Virus record (IMG/VR): IMGVR_UViG_3300033571_020726 | Span: 16,739-80,738 of that record | Direction: 5' to 3' (one strand) | DNA from: a virus | Length of the DNA: 64,000 nt | Shown here: in pieces, positions 42,735 to 52,622 of the stretch | Numbering within the stretch: position 1 is the stretch's first letter | How the letters are laid out: the number at the start of each line of letters is the position of its first letter | The notes under the pieces: model-generated | Told to the model about the DNA's origin: nothing | Database searches by the model: none | The model's input: only the letters and a program-made list of their open reading frames with translations | Translations under genes and position numbers: made by a program

Positions 42735-43710
42735 TTTTATAAAAAGTGTAGTCGAAAATTATAGACATTCAAATGGTAAAGAAGATATTGCTATTTGGTG
42801 CCCTTTTTGTCAAAATTCAAATAAAAATAAGTTGAAGATGGTTTTACAAATTGATAAAGGTATTTATCACTGTTGGGTTTGTAATGCAAAAGGAAACAAC
42901 ATACCTTTTTTAATTAGAAAAATAAATCCTTCAAAATATGAAGAAAGTCAAAAATTTTTTAATTCTTTTAAAAAAAAGGTAAATGAAGAATGGAATTTTA
43001 TTTTAAATGGATTAAATGATTTTAATAATGAAGAAGAAGTAAATGAAAAAGTAGTATTACCTTCTGAATTTGAATTATGTGCATCATTATTTACAAATGA
43101 AAATATTAGAAATCCTGATGTTCGTGATGTTATGAATTATCTTCGAAAAAGAGGGTGTTCTGAACATAAAATGTGGATGTTACGATTTGGAGTATCTAAA
43201 AATGATTCATGGCGTAGAATGTTGATAATCCCTTCTTTTTGTAAAAATGGTGAATTAAATTATTTTACTTGCAGAAAAATAGATGAATCAACTTTTTCAT
43301 CTATAAAATATAAAAACTGTGAAATAGAGAAGAAAAAAATAGTATTTAATGAGATTTTAATTGATTGGAATTTACCTTTAACATTAGTAGAAGGTCCATT
43401 AGATTTGTTAAAAACAAATGATAATGCGACATGTTTATTAGGTAGTACTCTGCCAAAAGACAGTTTGTTATTTAAAAGAATCGTTGAAAATAAAACGCCT
43501 GTTATATTAGCATTAGATAATGATGCATATAAAAAGGCTTTAAAAATAGCTGAGGATCTGATGGAATATGATGTATCAGTCAGTTTAATGGATACATCAT
43601 CTGCAAAAGATGTAGGTGATATGACAGAAAAAATGTTCGAAGAGCATTACAAAAGAGCTTGTAAAATAGATCAAGATGATTTATTATTAAACAAAATACA
43701 AATAATTTAA
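42700..43710 (+). CDS. dnaG: DNA primase (Zn ribbon + TOPRIM)
   Basis: CPFC...YHCWVC; YLRKRG; LVEGPLD; LALDND; KDVGD. Confidence 0.88.
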   Translation: MQKTISLNQKIDFIKSVVENYRHSNGKEDIAIWCPFCQNSNKNKLKMVLQIDKGIYHCWVCNAKGNNIPFLIRKINPSKYEESQKFFNSFKKKVNEEWNFILNGLNDFNNEEEVNEKVVLPSEFELCASLFTNENIRNPDVRDVMNYLRKRGCSEHKMWMLRFGVSKNDSWRRMLIIPSFCKNGELNYFTCRKIDESTFSSIKYKNCEIEKKKIVFNEILIDWNLPLTLVEGPLDLLKTNDNATCLLGSTLPKDSLLFKRIVENKTPVILALDNDAYKKALKIAEDLMEYDVSVSLMDTSSAKDVGDMTEKMFEEHYKRACKIDQDDLLLNKIQII

Positions 43711-43731
43711 AATATATTATGTGAGAAAAAC

Positions 43732-46700
43732 ATGACATTTAAATGCATTCATATTGCAGATATTCATTTTAGAGGTCTACAAAGACACGAAGAATATAAA
43801 AATGTTTTTTCGAAATTTTTTGAAAAAGCAAAAGAATTAAAGCCTGATGTTATTTTTGTAGGTGGTGATATTGTTCATTCAAAAACGTCAGGCATTTCGC
43901 CTGAATTGATTGATACATTGAATTGGTGGTTTACAGGATTAGCATCAATTGCTCCTACGCATATTATTCTTGGAAATCATGATGGATTGATTCAAAATTT
44001 AAATAGATTAGATGCGATTACGCCTATTGTTGAAGCGTTAAATAACCCAGCATTATATTTGTATAAAAAAAGTGGTGTATATCAAACAGGTGTACAAGGA
44101 TTTAATTGGTGTGTATTTAGTTGCTTTGATCATGAAAATTGGTGTAATGTTTCACCTATAAATGGTGATATAAACATCGCTACATTTCATGGAGCAGTTA
44201 AAGGATGTACAACAGATGTAAATTGGGAATTAGAGGGTGAAGTAGATTTAAATTTTTTCGAAAAATTTGATTTTGCATTTCTAGGTGATATTCATAAAAT
44301 GCAATATTTAGATTTTGAACAAAAAATAGCATATTCAGGATCAACTATTCAACAAAATTTTGGTGAATCTGTTGATAAAGGATTTTTATTTTGGGAAATT
44401 GAATCAAAAAATAATTATAAATCAACTTTTTATACATTAGAAAATGAAAACAAATTTATTACAGTAAATTGGAATCAAGATTTTAATAAAACAATTGAAG
44501 AAATTAATAAATTACCTAATTTTTCAAGATTTCGTATTAAATCAGAACAACAATTAGATAAAAATGATGTTAAATTATTACAAAATTTTCTTAAAGAAAA
44601 TAAAAAAGCGTTAGAGGTTGTGTTTAAATATGAACATAACAAAAAAAATAATGATTGTATAGAAGATAAAAAAAAAAATTTTAATATATTAGATGATAAT
44701 ATTAGATTTAATATATTAAAATCATATTTTGATGAATCTGTAACAAATGAGCAAATTAATAATATAAATAATATTTTTAAAAATGCGATTGACAGATTAC
44801 AAGTTGATCAATATAGAAAATCAATATCATGGGAATTAAAAAATATTTCTTTCAATAATTTATTTTGTTATGGCGAAAATAATTTCTTAAATTTTGAAAA
44901 TATGAATGGAATAATTGGCGTTTTTGGTAAAAATGCATCAGGTAAATCATCAATACCTGGTTCTTTAATGTATTCATTATTTAATACAACTGACCGTGGT
45001 TCTATGAAAAATCTACATATTATGAATACACGAAAAGAAGATTGTAGTTCAAAGGTTGAAATTTTGGTTAACAATCAAAAATATTTAATTGAAAGAAATA
45101 CCAAAAAATCTTATACAAAAAAGAAAAATGAAGTAAATACATCAACAAATTTAAGTATTTTTAAAGTAAATGATAATGGTGTTTTAATAAATGAAACTGA
45201 TGAACAGCGTCGTGAAACAGAAAAAATATTAAAAGATTTAATAGGTACATCAGAAGATTTTTTAATGACATCTTTTGCTTCTCAAGGCAATATTAATGCT
45301 TTTATTGGTGAAAAAAGTGCAAATAGAAAATATTTTTTATCTAAATTTATGAATCTAGATATTTTTGAAGAGATTGGTAAATTAATTAAAGATGATTCAG
45401 CTGATTTAAAAGCAGAGTTAAAAGTTTTTAATCAAAAAAATTGGGTTGATTTAATTAATAAATCAAATCATGAAATAAATGAAAATTTGATTAAAATATC
45501 TGAACTTGAAGCAAATTTACAAACTTTTAAACAAAAGCAATTGGATTTATCAATTGATTTAGAAAATATTAAAAGTAAGAATCATGATTTAAATAAAATA
45601 AAAGTGATTGAAGATGAAATTAAATTATTATCTATCAATATTGATAAAGAAAATAAAAATTTAGTAAAAATTGATACAGATTGTGAACAAATTCAACAAA
45701 AAATAGAAAAATTTGATGTATTAAAATCACAAATAGATTTGAATCAATTGAAAAAAGACAAAGAAAGATTAATAAATTTAAAATCACAACTGACGATAAA
45801 TATTTCGCAAATAGATAATTTAAAATCTGATATTGAAAAAAGAAAAAATGCTCATAAATTATTATCAAGTGTACCATGTGGTGACAGTTTTCCTTCATGC
45901 AGATTTATAAAAAATGCATATGAAGATTTTAAAAATATTTCTGACAATGAGGATTCATTAAAAAATCTTGAGAAATCTATTATTGAATTGAAAAATATTG
46001 TAACAGAACTTGAACGTGAACAAATTCAACAAAAAATAGAAAAATTTGAAGAATTTTCAATTAAAAATGAACAAAATGTCTTTCAATTATCAGTATTATT
46101 AGAAAATAAAGATTCAATAACACAAAAAATATCTGAGCTGCTGAATCGGTTTAATGATCTAAATAATAAGTTACAACATATGACGCAGTTAATTGACAAA
46201 AATGATGCTAACATTATAAAAGAATATCAAACAGAGTTAGAATCTATTAAAAATAAAATACAAATGACTGATATCTCTATTGTAAAATATATGGGTAATA
46301 ATCAGTATTTATCACAAATGATTGAAAAATATAGGGTTGAAGAGATTCAATATAACGATTTATTAAGTCAATGGAGATTATATGAATTATTGTTAAATGC
46401 TGTTTCAAAAAAGGGTTTACCATCAAAATTACTTAAAGAAATGTTACCTTCATTAAATAATGAAATCAAAGAAATCCTAACAGATGTTGTTGAATTTTCT
46501 GTTGATATAGAAATAGATGATGATGATCTTGAAATTTATATCAATTATAATGGAGATAAAAGAATCATAGAAACAGCGTCTGGAATGGAAAAAATGATTA
46601 CATCAATGGCAATTCGAGTTGCTTTAACAAATATTAGCAATTTACCTAAATCTAATATTTTTATAATAGATGAAGGTTTTGGAGCATTGGATGATACAAA

Positions 46701-46851
46701 TATTATATCTTGTATAAAATTATTAAATAACTTTAAAAAGTTTTTTAAAACAATATTAATCATATCACATATTGATATTATTAAAGATGTTGTAGATAAT
46801 AACTTATGTATTGAAAATGAGGGTTTAGATTCTTATGTTAGATTTGAATAA
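43732..46851 (+). CDS. Fused Mre11/SbcD nuclease - Rad50/SbcC ATPase (gp47-gp46 fusion)
   Basis: HIADIH, GGDIVH, GNHD, LGDIH phosphoesterase motifs, then Walker A GKNASGKS, coiled coil, signature-like ASGME, Walker B/D-loop IIDEGFGALD, IISH, all in one frame. Confidence 0.9.
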   Translation: MTFKCIHIADIHFRGLQRHEEYKNVFSKFFEKAKELKPDVIFVGGDIVHSKTSGISPELIDTLNWWFTGLASIAPTHIILGNHDGLIQNLNRLDAITPIVEALNNPALYLYKKSGVYQTGVQGFNWCVFSCFDHENWCNVSPINGDINIATFHGAVKGCTTDVNWELEGEVDLNFFEKFDFAFLGDIHKMQYLDFEQKIAYSGSTIQQNFGESVDKGFLFWEIESKNNYKSTFYTLENENKFITVNWNQDFNKTIEEINKLPNFSRFRIKSEQQLDKNDVKLLQNFLKENKKALEVVFKYEHNKKNNDCIEDKKKNFNILDDNIRFNILKSYFDESVTNEQINNINNIFKNAIDRLQVDQYRKSISWELKNISFNNLFCYGENNFLNFENMNGIIGVFGKNASGKSSIPGSLMYSLFNTTDRGSMKNLHIMNTRKEDCSSKVEILVNNQKYLIERNTKKSYTKKKNEVNTSTNLSIFKVNDNGVLINETDEQRRETEKILKDLIGTSEDFLMTSFASQGNINAFIGEKSANRKYFLSKFMNLDIFEEIGKLIKDDSADLKAELKVFNQKNWVDLINKSNHEINENLIKISELEANLQTFKQKQLDLSIDLENIKSKNHDLNKIKVIEDEIKLLSINIDKENKNLVKIDTDCEQIQQKIEKFDVLKSQIDLNQLKKDKERLINLKSQLTINISQIDNLKSDIEKRKNAHKLLSSVPCGDSFPSCRFIKNAYEDFKNISDNEDSLKNLEKSIIELKNIVTELEREQIQQKIEKFEEFSIKNEQNVFQLSVLLENKDSITQKISELLNRFNDLNNKLQHMTQLIDKNDANIIKEYQTELESIKNKIQMTDISIVKYMGNNQYLSQMIEKYRVEEIQYNDLLSQWRLYELLLNAVSKKGLPSKLLKEMLPSLNNEIKEILTDVVEFSVDIEIDDDDLEIYINYNGDKRIIETASGMEKMITSMAIRVALTNISNLPKSNIFIIDEGFGALDDTNIISCIKLLNNFKKFFKTILIISHIDIIKDVVDNNLCIENEGLDSYVRFE
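45683..45716 (+). repeat. 34-bp exact direct repeat, copy 1 (copy 2 at 46016-46049)
   Basis: GTGAACAAATTCAACAAAAAATAGAAAAATTTGA, encoding EQIQQKIEKF in both copies. Confidence 0.9.
46016..46049 (+). repeat. 34-bp exact direct repeat, copy 2
   Basis: Identical to 45683-45716, offset 333 nt (in frame). Confidence 0.9.
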
Positions 46852-47059
46852 AAAATGGAATAAAATAGATAATAATTTTGAATCATTTGAAAATGATGAG
46901 ATAAAAATAATTAAACCAATAAATGATGAAAAAATACCTATTGATTGTCCAAAGTGTAGTAATTTATTTTCAGGATTAGAAGATGTACAAGCATTTAAAA
47001 GAAATGGTGTTTGCGAAAATTGTGAATTAATATATTGGGTTGAATTACACAATAAATAA
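46835..47059 (+). CDS. Small zinc-ribbon protein
   Basis: CPKC...CENC; overlaps the end of the Mre11-Rad50 gene. Confidence 0.6.
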   Translation: MLDLNKKWNKIDNNFESFENDEIKIIKPINDEKIPIDCPKCSNLFSGLEDVQAFKRNGVCENCELIYWVELHNK

Positions 47060-47098
47060 TATTTAATATATAATAATAAAATATAAACAGGAACAAAA

Positions 47099-47473
47099 AT
47101 GAAAAGTATCTCAAATTCTCATGCTTTAGGACAATCACTTGACAATGTATTCCATAATACATCTGATGGTTCTCGTAAGATTACACAAAAATTATCAGGA
47201 AATAATTTGACAATTACATTTCAAACAATTGCACAATTTGGTAGAGAAGTAGGATTACATCTACAAACAAATAAAGTAAAAGAAGAAGGTATTCAATTGA
47301 TAAATGACAGATTAGCTTTATTAAAATCTTCATTTAAAGAATTAACAGGCCATACATTAAAATCAAAACAATGTGGAATAAATGATTCATTTGAAACTAT
47401 ATCTGTATCAAATTTATCACCTAGAAGAGTTATAAAATATTCTTTACAGGTTTTATTCGAAATAGAAGATTAA
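47099..47473 (+). CDS. Hypothetical protein immediately upstream of terminase
   Basis: Intact ORF with CAGGA SD. Confidence 0.6.
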   Translation: MKSISNSHALGQSLDNVFHNTSDGSRKITQKLSGNNLTITFQTIAQFGREVGLHLQTNKVKEEGIQLINDRLALLKSSFKELTGHTLKSKQCGINDSFETISVSNLSPRRVIKYSLQVLFEIED

Positions 47474-47482
47474 CAGGTATAT

Positions 47483-49108
47483 ATGTCAATTAAACAGCAA
47501 CAGATAGATGAAATAGTAAAATGTGGTAAAGATCCAGCTTATTTTATCAATAAATATTTAAAAATAGAACACCCATTACAAGGTTTAATACCTTTTAAAA
47601 CATATGATTTTCAAAATGATTGTTTAGATGATTTTAATAAAAATCGTTTTAATATTATTTTAAAAAGTCGTCAATTAGGTATTTCTACTATCGTTGCTGC
47701 TTATGCAATTTGGAATGCTTTATTTTATAAAAATAAAAATATTTTAATTATTGCTACTAAATTAGCTGTAGCACAAAACTTTGTTAAAAAAGTAAAAGTT
47801 GCTATTCAAGCATTACCTCCATGGTTAATTCAATTTGCACCAATAACATCAAATAATAAACAACAAGTTGTATTTAAAAACGGTTCTTCAATTAAAGCGA
47901 TACCTACTTCTGAAGACGCTGGTCGTTCAGAAGCTTTGTCTCTTTTAATTATTGATGAAGCTGCATTTGTAAGAAATTTTGATGAATTATGGACTGGTCT
48001 TTATCCTACACTATCTACTGGTGGTAGAGCTATTATTCTTTCAACACCGAATGGCGTTGGTGGACAATATTACGATTTATGGATAGGTGCAGAACAAAAA
48101 ACAAACGAATTTAATCCTATAAAATTAAAATGGGATGTACATCCAGATCGCGATGAATCTTGGTTTGAAAATGAAACAAGAAATATGTCATCAAAACAAA
48201 TTGCACAAGAATTATTATGCGATTTTGCAGCATCAGGTGATACATTTTTCCAATCAGAAGAAATTGACTGGTTAAGATCAAGAACTAAATCTCCTATTGA
48301 AATGACAGGACCAAATCAAGATGTATGGATATGGAAATATCCTAGAGAAGGACATAAATACGTTTTATCTGCAGATGTTGCACGTGGTGATGGTGCAGAT
48401 TCAAGTGTGTTTCATATTATAAACATCGATACGAAATCAGTTGATGTTGAATACAAAGGAAAATTAACGCCTGATAATTTTTCTCAATTAATTTATGATT
48501 GGGCTAGAAGATATAATAAAGCATTGGTATGCCCTGAAAATAATACTTATGGTTATATGATTTTATCTAAATTAAATGATTTAGGTTATTTAAATTTTTA
48601 TTTTGAAAATGAGAGAATGAAATACGAGTATTTGTATTCAGTTGAAAAATCAGAATATATTTCTAAAGCAGGATTCAGCACTCAAAAAGATAGTCGTGCA
48701 AAAATTTTATCAAATTTAGAAGAAATTGTCAGAAATAAAAGATATGAAATGAATTCTATACGTTTATTTGATGAATTTAAAACTTTTGTATGGTTAAATA
48801 ATAAACCAGTCGCAATGAAAGATCATCATGATGATGCAATTATGTCTTGCGCAATTGGTTTATGGATTGCTGAAAAATATGGTTCAAAAATTACATCTAC
48901 AGAGACTTCTACTGCACATGAAATTTTAAAAGGCATGAAAATAAATCAAACATCAACAGAACAAACTATTATTAGCCCTTATTATAATAATCACTTGTCA
49001 AAACAAGTGAATCCATTTTTACCAGTGCCAATGTCTGATAGTATAATTGATATAGGTCAAAGTAAAAAAATATCAGCTTTAGGCGATTTTTCTTGGTTAG
49101 TTAAATAA
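47483..49108 (+). CDS. terL: Terminase large subunit (T4 gp17-like)
   Basis: LKSRQLGIST Walker A, LIIDEAAF Walker B, STPNG coupling motif, SADVARGDG and HDDAIM nuclease motifs. Confidence 0.95.
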   Translation: MSIKQQQIDEIVKCGKDPAYFINKYLKIEHPLQGLIPFKTYDFQNDCLDDFNKNRFNIILKSRQLGISTIVAAYAIWNALFYKNKNILIIATKLAVAQNFVKKVKVAIQALPPWLIQFAPITSNNKQQVVFKNGSSIKAIPTSEDAGRSEALSLLIIDEAAFVRNFDELWTGLYPTLSTGGRAIILSTPNGVGGQYYDLWIGAEQKTNEFNPIKLKWDVHPDRDESWFENETRNMSSKQIAQELLCDFAASGDTFFQSEEIDWLRSRTKSPIEMTGPNQDVWIWKYPREGHKYVLSADVARGDGADSSVFHIINIDTKSVDVEYKGKLTPDNFSQLIYDWARRYNKALVCPENNTYGYMILSKLNDLGYLNFYFENERMKYEYLYSVEKSEYISKAGFSTQKDSRAKILSNLEEIVRNKRYEMNSIRLFDEFKTFVWLNNKPVAMKDHHDDAIMSCAIGLWIAEKYGSKITSTETSTAHEILKGMKINQTSTEQTIISPYYNNHLSKQVNPFLPVPMSDSIIDIGQSKKISALGDFSWLVK

Positions 49109-49172
49109 AAAACTATTAAATATTTTATATTTTGTTATATAATAGATATAAAATAATATTTATGGTGTTTTT

Positions 49173-51155
49173 ATGGCAAAAGAAGATAGTTTATTTAAAA
49201 AATTAACAGATTTATTTAGATCAGGACCAACTGTAAGGAAAAAAGTTAAAGCAGCTGCACATAAAAAGACGGGAAGTCCTAGTAGTCTTGATTTATTTAA
49301 AAAAAATCACAGTGATGTATATAATTCAACGATTTCAGCATATGGTTCATATGATCGTATGGCACGTTATTCAGATTTCAGTGAAATGGAATCTACACCT
49401 GAATTATCAAGTGCATTAGACATATATGCTGAAGAAACAGTATCTGCTGACAGTTATGGTAAAGTATTACATATTTATTCTGAAAATCGTAAAATTAAAC
49501 AATTATTAGAAAATTTATTTTATGATGTATTAAATGTTGAATTTAATTTGGTAATGTGGGTAAGAAATTTATGTAAATATGGCGATTTTTTCTTATTTAA
49601 TGATGTATCACCTGACTTTGGTGTAATAAATGTATTTCCTATTCCTATTGCTGAAATTGAAAGAGAAGAAGGATTTGATCCTAATGATCCTTCAGCTGTA
49701 CGTTTTCGTTGGATTACACAAGGAAATAGAATTCTAGAAAATTGGCAAATCAGTCATTTCAGATTATTAGGAAATGACGCATTTCTCCCGTATGGATCAT
49801 CAGTATTAGAAGGCGCACGTCGTATTTGGCGTCAATTAATTTTAATAGAAGATGCAATGTTGGTTTATCGCGTTATTCGTGCGCCTGAACGACGTGTTTT
49901 TTATATTGATGTTGGTAATATTCCACCTGAAAATATTGGCGATTATTTACAACAAGCACAAACGTCTTTGAAAAGAAATACTGTTGTAGATAAAACATCA
50001 GGCAAAGTAGATTTAAGATATAATCCACTATCTGTTGATGAAGATTATTTCTTGCCAGTTAGAGGTGGAGATACAGGCACAAAAATTGATACATTGGCAG
50101 GTGGTCAAAATACATCTGCTATTGAAGATGTAGAATATATTCAAAAAAAGTTATTTGCAGCATTAAAAATACCTAAGTCTTATTTAGGTTATGATGAAGA
50201 AATAGGTAGCAAGTCTACATTGGCGCAAGAAGATATCAGATTCAGTCGAACGATTCAAAGAGTTCAAAAAACAGTGTTGTCTGAATTAAATAAATTAGCG
50301 ATGATTCATTTATATTCACATGGTTATAATGAAGATGATTTGCTAGATTTTGAAATCAAATTATCAAATCCTTCAAGTATTGCGCAACAGCAAAAATTAG
50401 AGTTAATAAAAACAAAATTTGATATTGCATCATCTGTTCCAGAAGGTTTAGTTGATCAGGAATGGATTGCAAAAAATATCATGGAATTTAATAATGATGA
50501 AATAGCGCGTATTAAAAAAGGTAAAGTACAAGATAAAATTGATAATCTTAAACTTGAAGCTGTTGCATTACCTTCAGGCGATAATACAGTTGAAGGTGGT
50601 GAAGCAGGTGGTGAAGCAGGCGGCGCTGGCGGTGAAGCAGGTGGAGCTCCACCACCTGGAGGTGATGCAGGCGGCGGATTAGCTGATTTATTCGCTGGTG
50701 ATGTTAAATTAGGTTCTTTATTAGCCGAAGATGATTTAGAGGAGCAAGATGATTTATTATTTGGTGACGAAGTTATGAATTATGGAAAAATTAAGCCAAA
50801 AGGATCTAAAGATTATAAAAAACATAGCATAGGTAGAGATGTATCTGGTAAAAAAGATGTTGATAGTGCAATTAGATATGATTCAACATCAGATTTATAT
50901 GGATCATTAGGAGATAATAATAGAGGTATTACTGGGGGTTTAACTGTAACTAGTAATGATTTCAAATTAAGTAAAAGTGATATAAATCCTTTAAATTCAT
51001 CATATAATAGATCAACAGATAATCAAATGAAAAAAATATTTGATTCGATGAATAGAAATTTTGGTGATAAATTAACAATTAGCAAAAATAAATCATCTAA
51101 TTTATTAAATGAAGATAGTGAATTAATAATTATTGATAATGAAAACGAGGAATAA
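49173..51155 (+). CDS. gp20: Portal protein (T4 gp20-like)
   Basis: QLILIEDAMLVYRVIRAPERRVFYIDVGNIP, EDYFLPVRGG, IDTLAGG, IEDVEYIQKKLFAALKIP. Confidence 0.95.
   Translation: MAKEDSLFKKLTDLFRSGPTVRKKVKAAAHKKTGSPSSLDLFKKNHSDVYNSTISAYGSYDRMARYSDFSEMESTPELSSALDIYAEETVSADSYGKVLHIYSENRKIKQLLENLFYDVLNVEFNLVMWVRNLCKYGDFFLFNDVSPDFGVINVFPIPIAEIEREEGFDPNDPSAVRFRWITQGNRILENWQISHFRLLGNDAFLPYGSSVLEGARRIWRQLILIEDAMLVYRVIRAPERRVFYIDVGNIPPENIGDYLQQAQTSLKRNTVVDKTSGKVDLRYNPLSVDEDYFLPVRGGDTGTKIDTLAGGQNTSAIEDVEYIQKKLFAALKIPKSYLGYDEEIGSKSTLAQEDIRFSRTIQRVQKTVLSELNKLAMIHLYSHGYNEDDLLDFEIKLSNPSSIAQQQKLELIKTKFDIASSVPEGLVDQEWIAKNIMEFNNDEIARIKKGKVQDKIDNLKLEAVALPSGDNTVEGGEAGGEAGGAGGEAGGAPPPGGDAGGGLADLFAGDVKLGSLLAEDDLEEQDDLLFGDEVMNYGKIKPKGSKDYKKHSIGRDVSGKKDVDSAIRYDSTSDLYGSLGDNNRGITGGLTVTSNDFKLSKSDINPLNSSYNRSTDNQMKKIFDSMNRNFGDKLTISKNKSSNLLNEDSELIIIDNENEE
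50592..50678 (+). repeat. Gly/Glu/Ala low-complexity repeat in portal tail
   Basis: GGTGAAGCAGG units encoding EGGEAGGEAGGAGGEAGGAPPPGGDAGGG. Confidence 0.75.
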
Positions 51156-51163
51156 AACTAATA

Positions 51164-52021
51164 ATGAAAAATAGAAGCCACAATAAAAAAAGAAATGTCG
51201 GCATCATATATGAACAGTTGATTAATTATATGTGTAAATGTATAATTGATAATAATGAAAATGGTGTTTCGAAAATAAGCAATGTCATAAAGGAAAATTT
51301 TAAAAAAGAAACTCAATTACATAGAGAACTAAAATTTTTTAATGCATTAATCCAAACAAAAGGTATTGATCCTAGTTTAGCGACAAATATTATTCAAGAA
51401 GCAAAAAAATCTTGTCAAAAACATTTTTCTGAAGATGATTTAGAAAAAGAAAAATCTGTTTTAATAAAAGAATTAAATTATTCTTTTGGTAAAGGAAATA
51501 TATTTGAAGCAAAGGTTAAAAACTATAAAATGTTAGCAACTGTACAGACATTATTAAATGAATGGCGAAAAGGTTCAAATTCAGACTTTCAAATTACAAC
51601 GCAATATGAAAAACAATTACATGAATGGATGACAGAAAAAGCAGATGAATCAACCCAATTAAATGAAACATATGTACCTAAAAATGTTGATGAATTAACT
51701 TTTAGAATCATGAATCAAAAATTTAATAAAAAATATGATAAAATATTGAACGATGATCAAAAAAAATTAATAAAGCTATTCGTAGAAAATAAATCAGATA
51801 CAAACATAGAACTAACTAATTTATTTGATGAAATAAAAATAAAATCAATTAAGCTATTGGAATCTTTTAATTGCAATAATAAAATTTTAAATGAAAGATA
51901 TGATATAGTTAAAAATAATGTAAAAGCTATTAGCATAAAAGATATTTCTGAAGAAAATCTTAAAAAGTTTTTAACTTTATGCAAATTAAACGACGAATTA
52001 AAAGGTGATATAAATGAGTAG
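51164..52021 (+). CDS. Hypothetical head-module protein
   Basis: Intact helical ORF between portal and protease. Confidence 0.6.
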   Translation: MKNRSHNKKRNVGIIYEQLINYMCKCIIDNNENGVSKISNVIKENFKKETQLHRELKFFNALIQTKGIDPSLATNIIQEAKKSCQKHFSEDDLEKEKSVLIKELNYSFGKGNIFEAKVKNYKMLATVQTLLNEWRKGSNSDFQITTQYEKQLHEWMTEKADESTQLNETYVPKNVDELTFRIMNQKFNKKYDKILNDDQKKLIKLFVENKSDTNIELTNLFDEIKIKSIKLLESFNCNNKILNERYDIVKNNVKAISIKDISEENLKKFLTLCKLNDELKGDINE

Positions 52022-52622
52022 ATTATTAACTGAATGGCTTTCTTTTGATTATGATAAAAAATTGATTCAAGAGGCTAAAATTGGTGGTGGGCCACTAATA
52101 ATGAAAGGTATTTTACAAAAGGCAGATACACTTAATCAAAATGGTCGTGTATATCCAAGAATTATTCTTGAACGTGAAGTTAGAAACTATCAAAAATTTA
52201 TTAAAGAAAATAGAGCATTAGGCGAATTAGATCATCCCGATAGTTCTGTCGTTGAATTAAAAAATGCATCTCATATTATTAGAGAAGCGCATATGGAAGG
52301 TAATATTTGTTATGGTACTGTTGAAATATTAAATACACCATCAGGTAAAATATTACAATCTTTAGTAGAAAGTGGCGTTACACTAGGTATTTCATCAAGA
52401 GGTGTGGGTTCTACAAAACCACAAGGTGAATTACAAATAGTACAAGATGATTTTCAATTAATTTGTTGGGATTTTGTATCAGAACCATCAACACCTGGTG
52501 CCTTTATGATGAAAGAAGGAAAAGAAATTTCATCGAAACAATTACAAGAAATTAATTCATCATTTTTTAACAAAAGTGATAGAATTTATAGAATATTTAA
52601 TGAAATAGGAGATTGGAAATAA
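52014..52622 (+). CDS. gp21: Prohead protease (T4 gp21-like)
   Basis: NQNGRVYP, ALGELDHP, TPSGKI, GISSRGVGS, WDFVSEPSTPGA. Confidence 0.95.
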   Translation: MSRLLTEWLSFDYDKKLIQEAKIGGGPLIMKGILQKADTLNQNGRVYPRIILEREVRNYQKFIKENRALGELDHPDSSVVELKNASHIIREAHMEGNICYGTVEILNTPSGKILQSLVESGVTLGISSRGVGSTKPQGELQIVQDDFQLICWDFVSEPSTPGAFMMKEGKEISSKQLQEINSSFFNKSDRIYRIFNEIGDWK

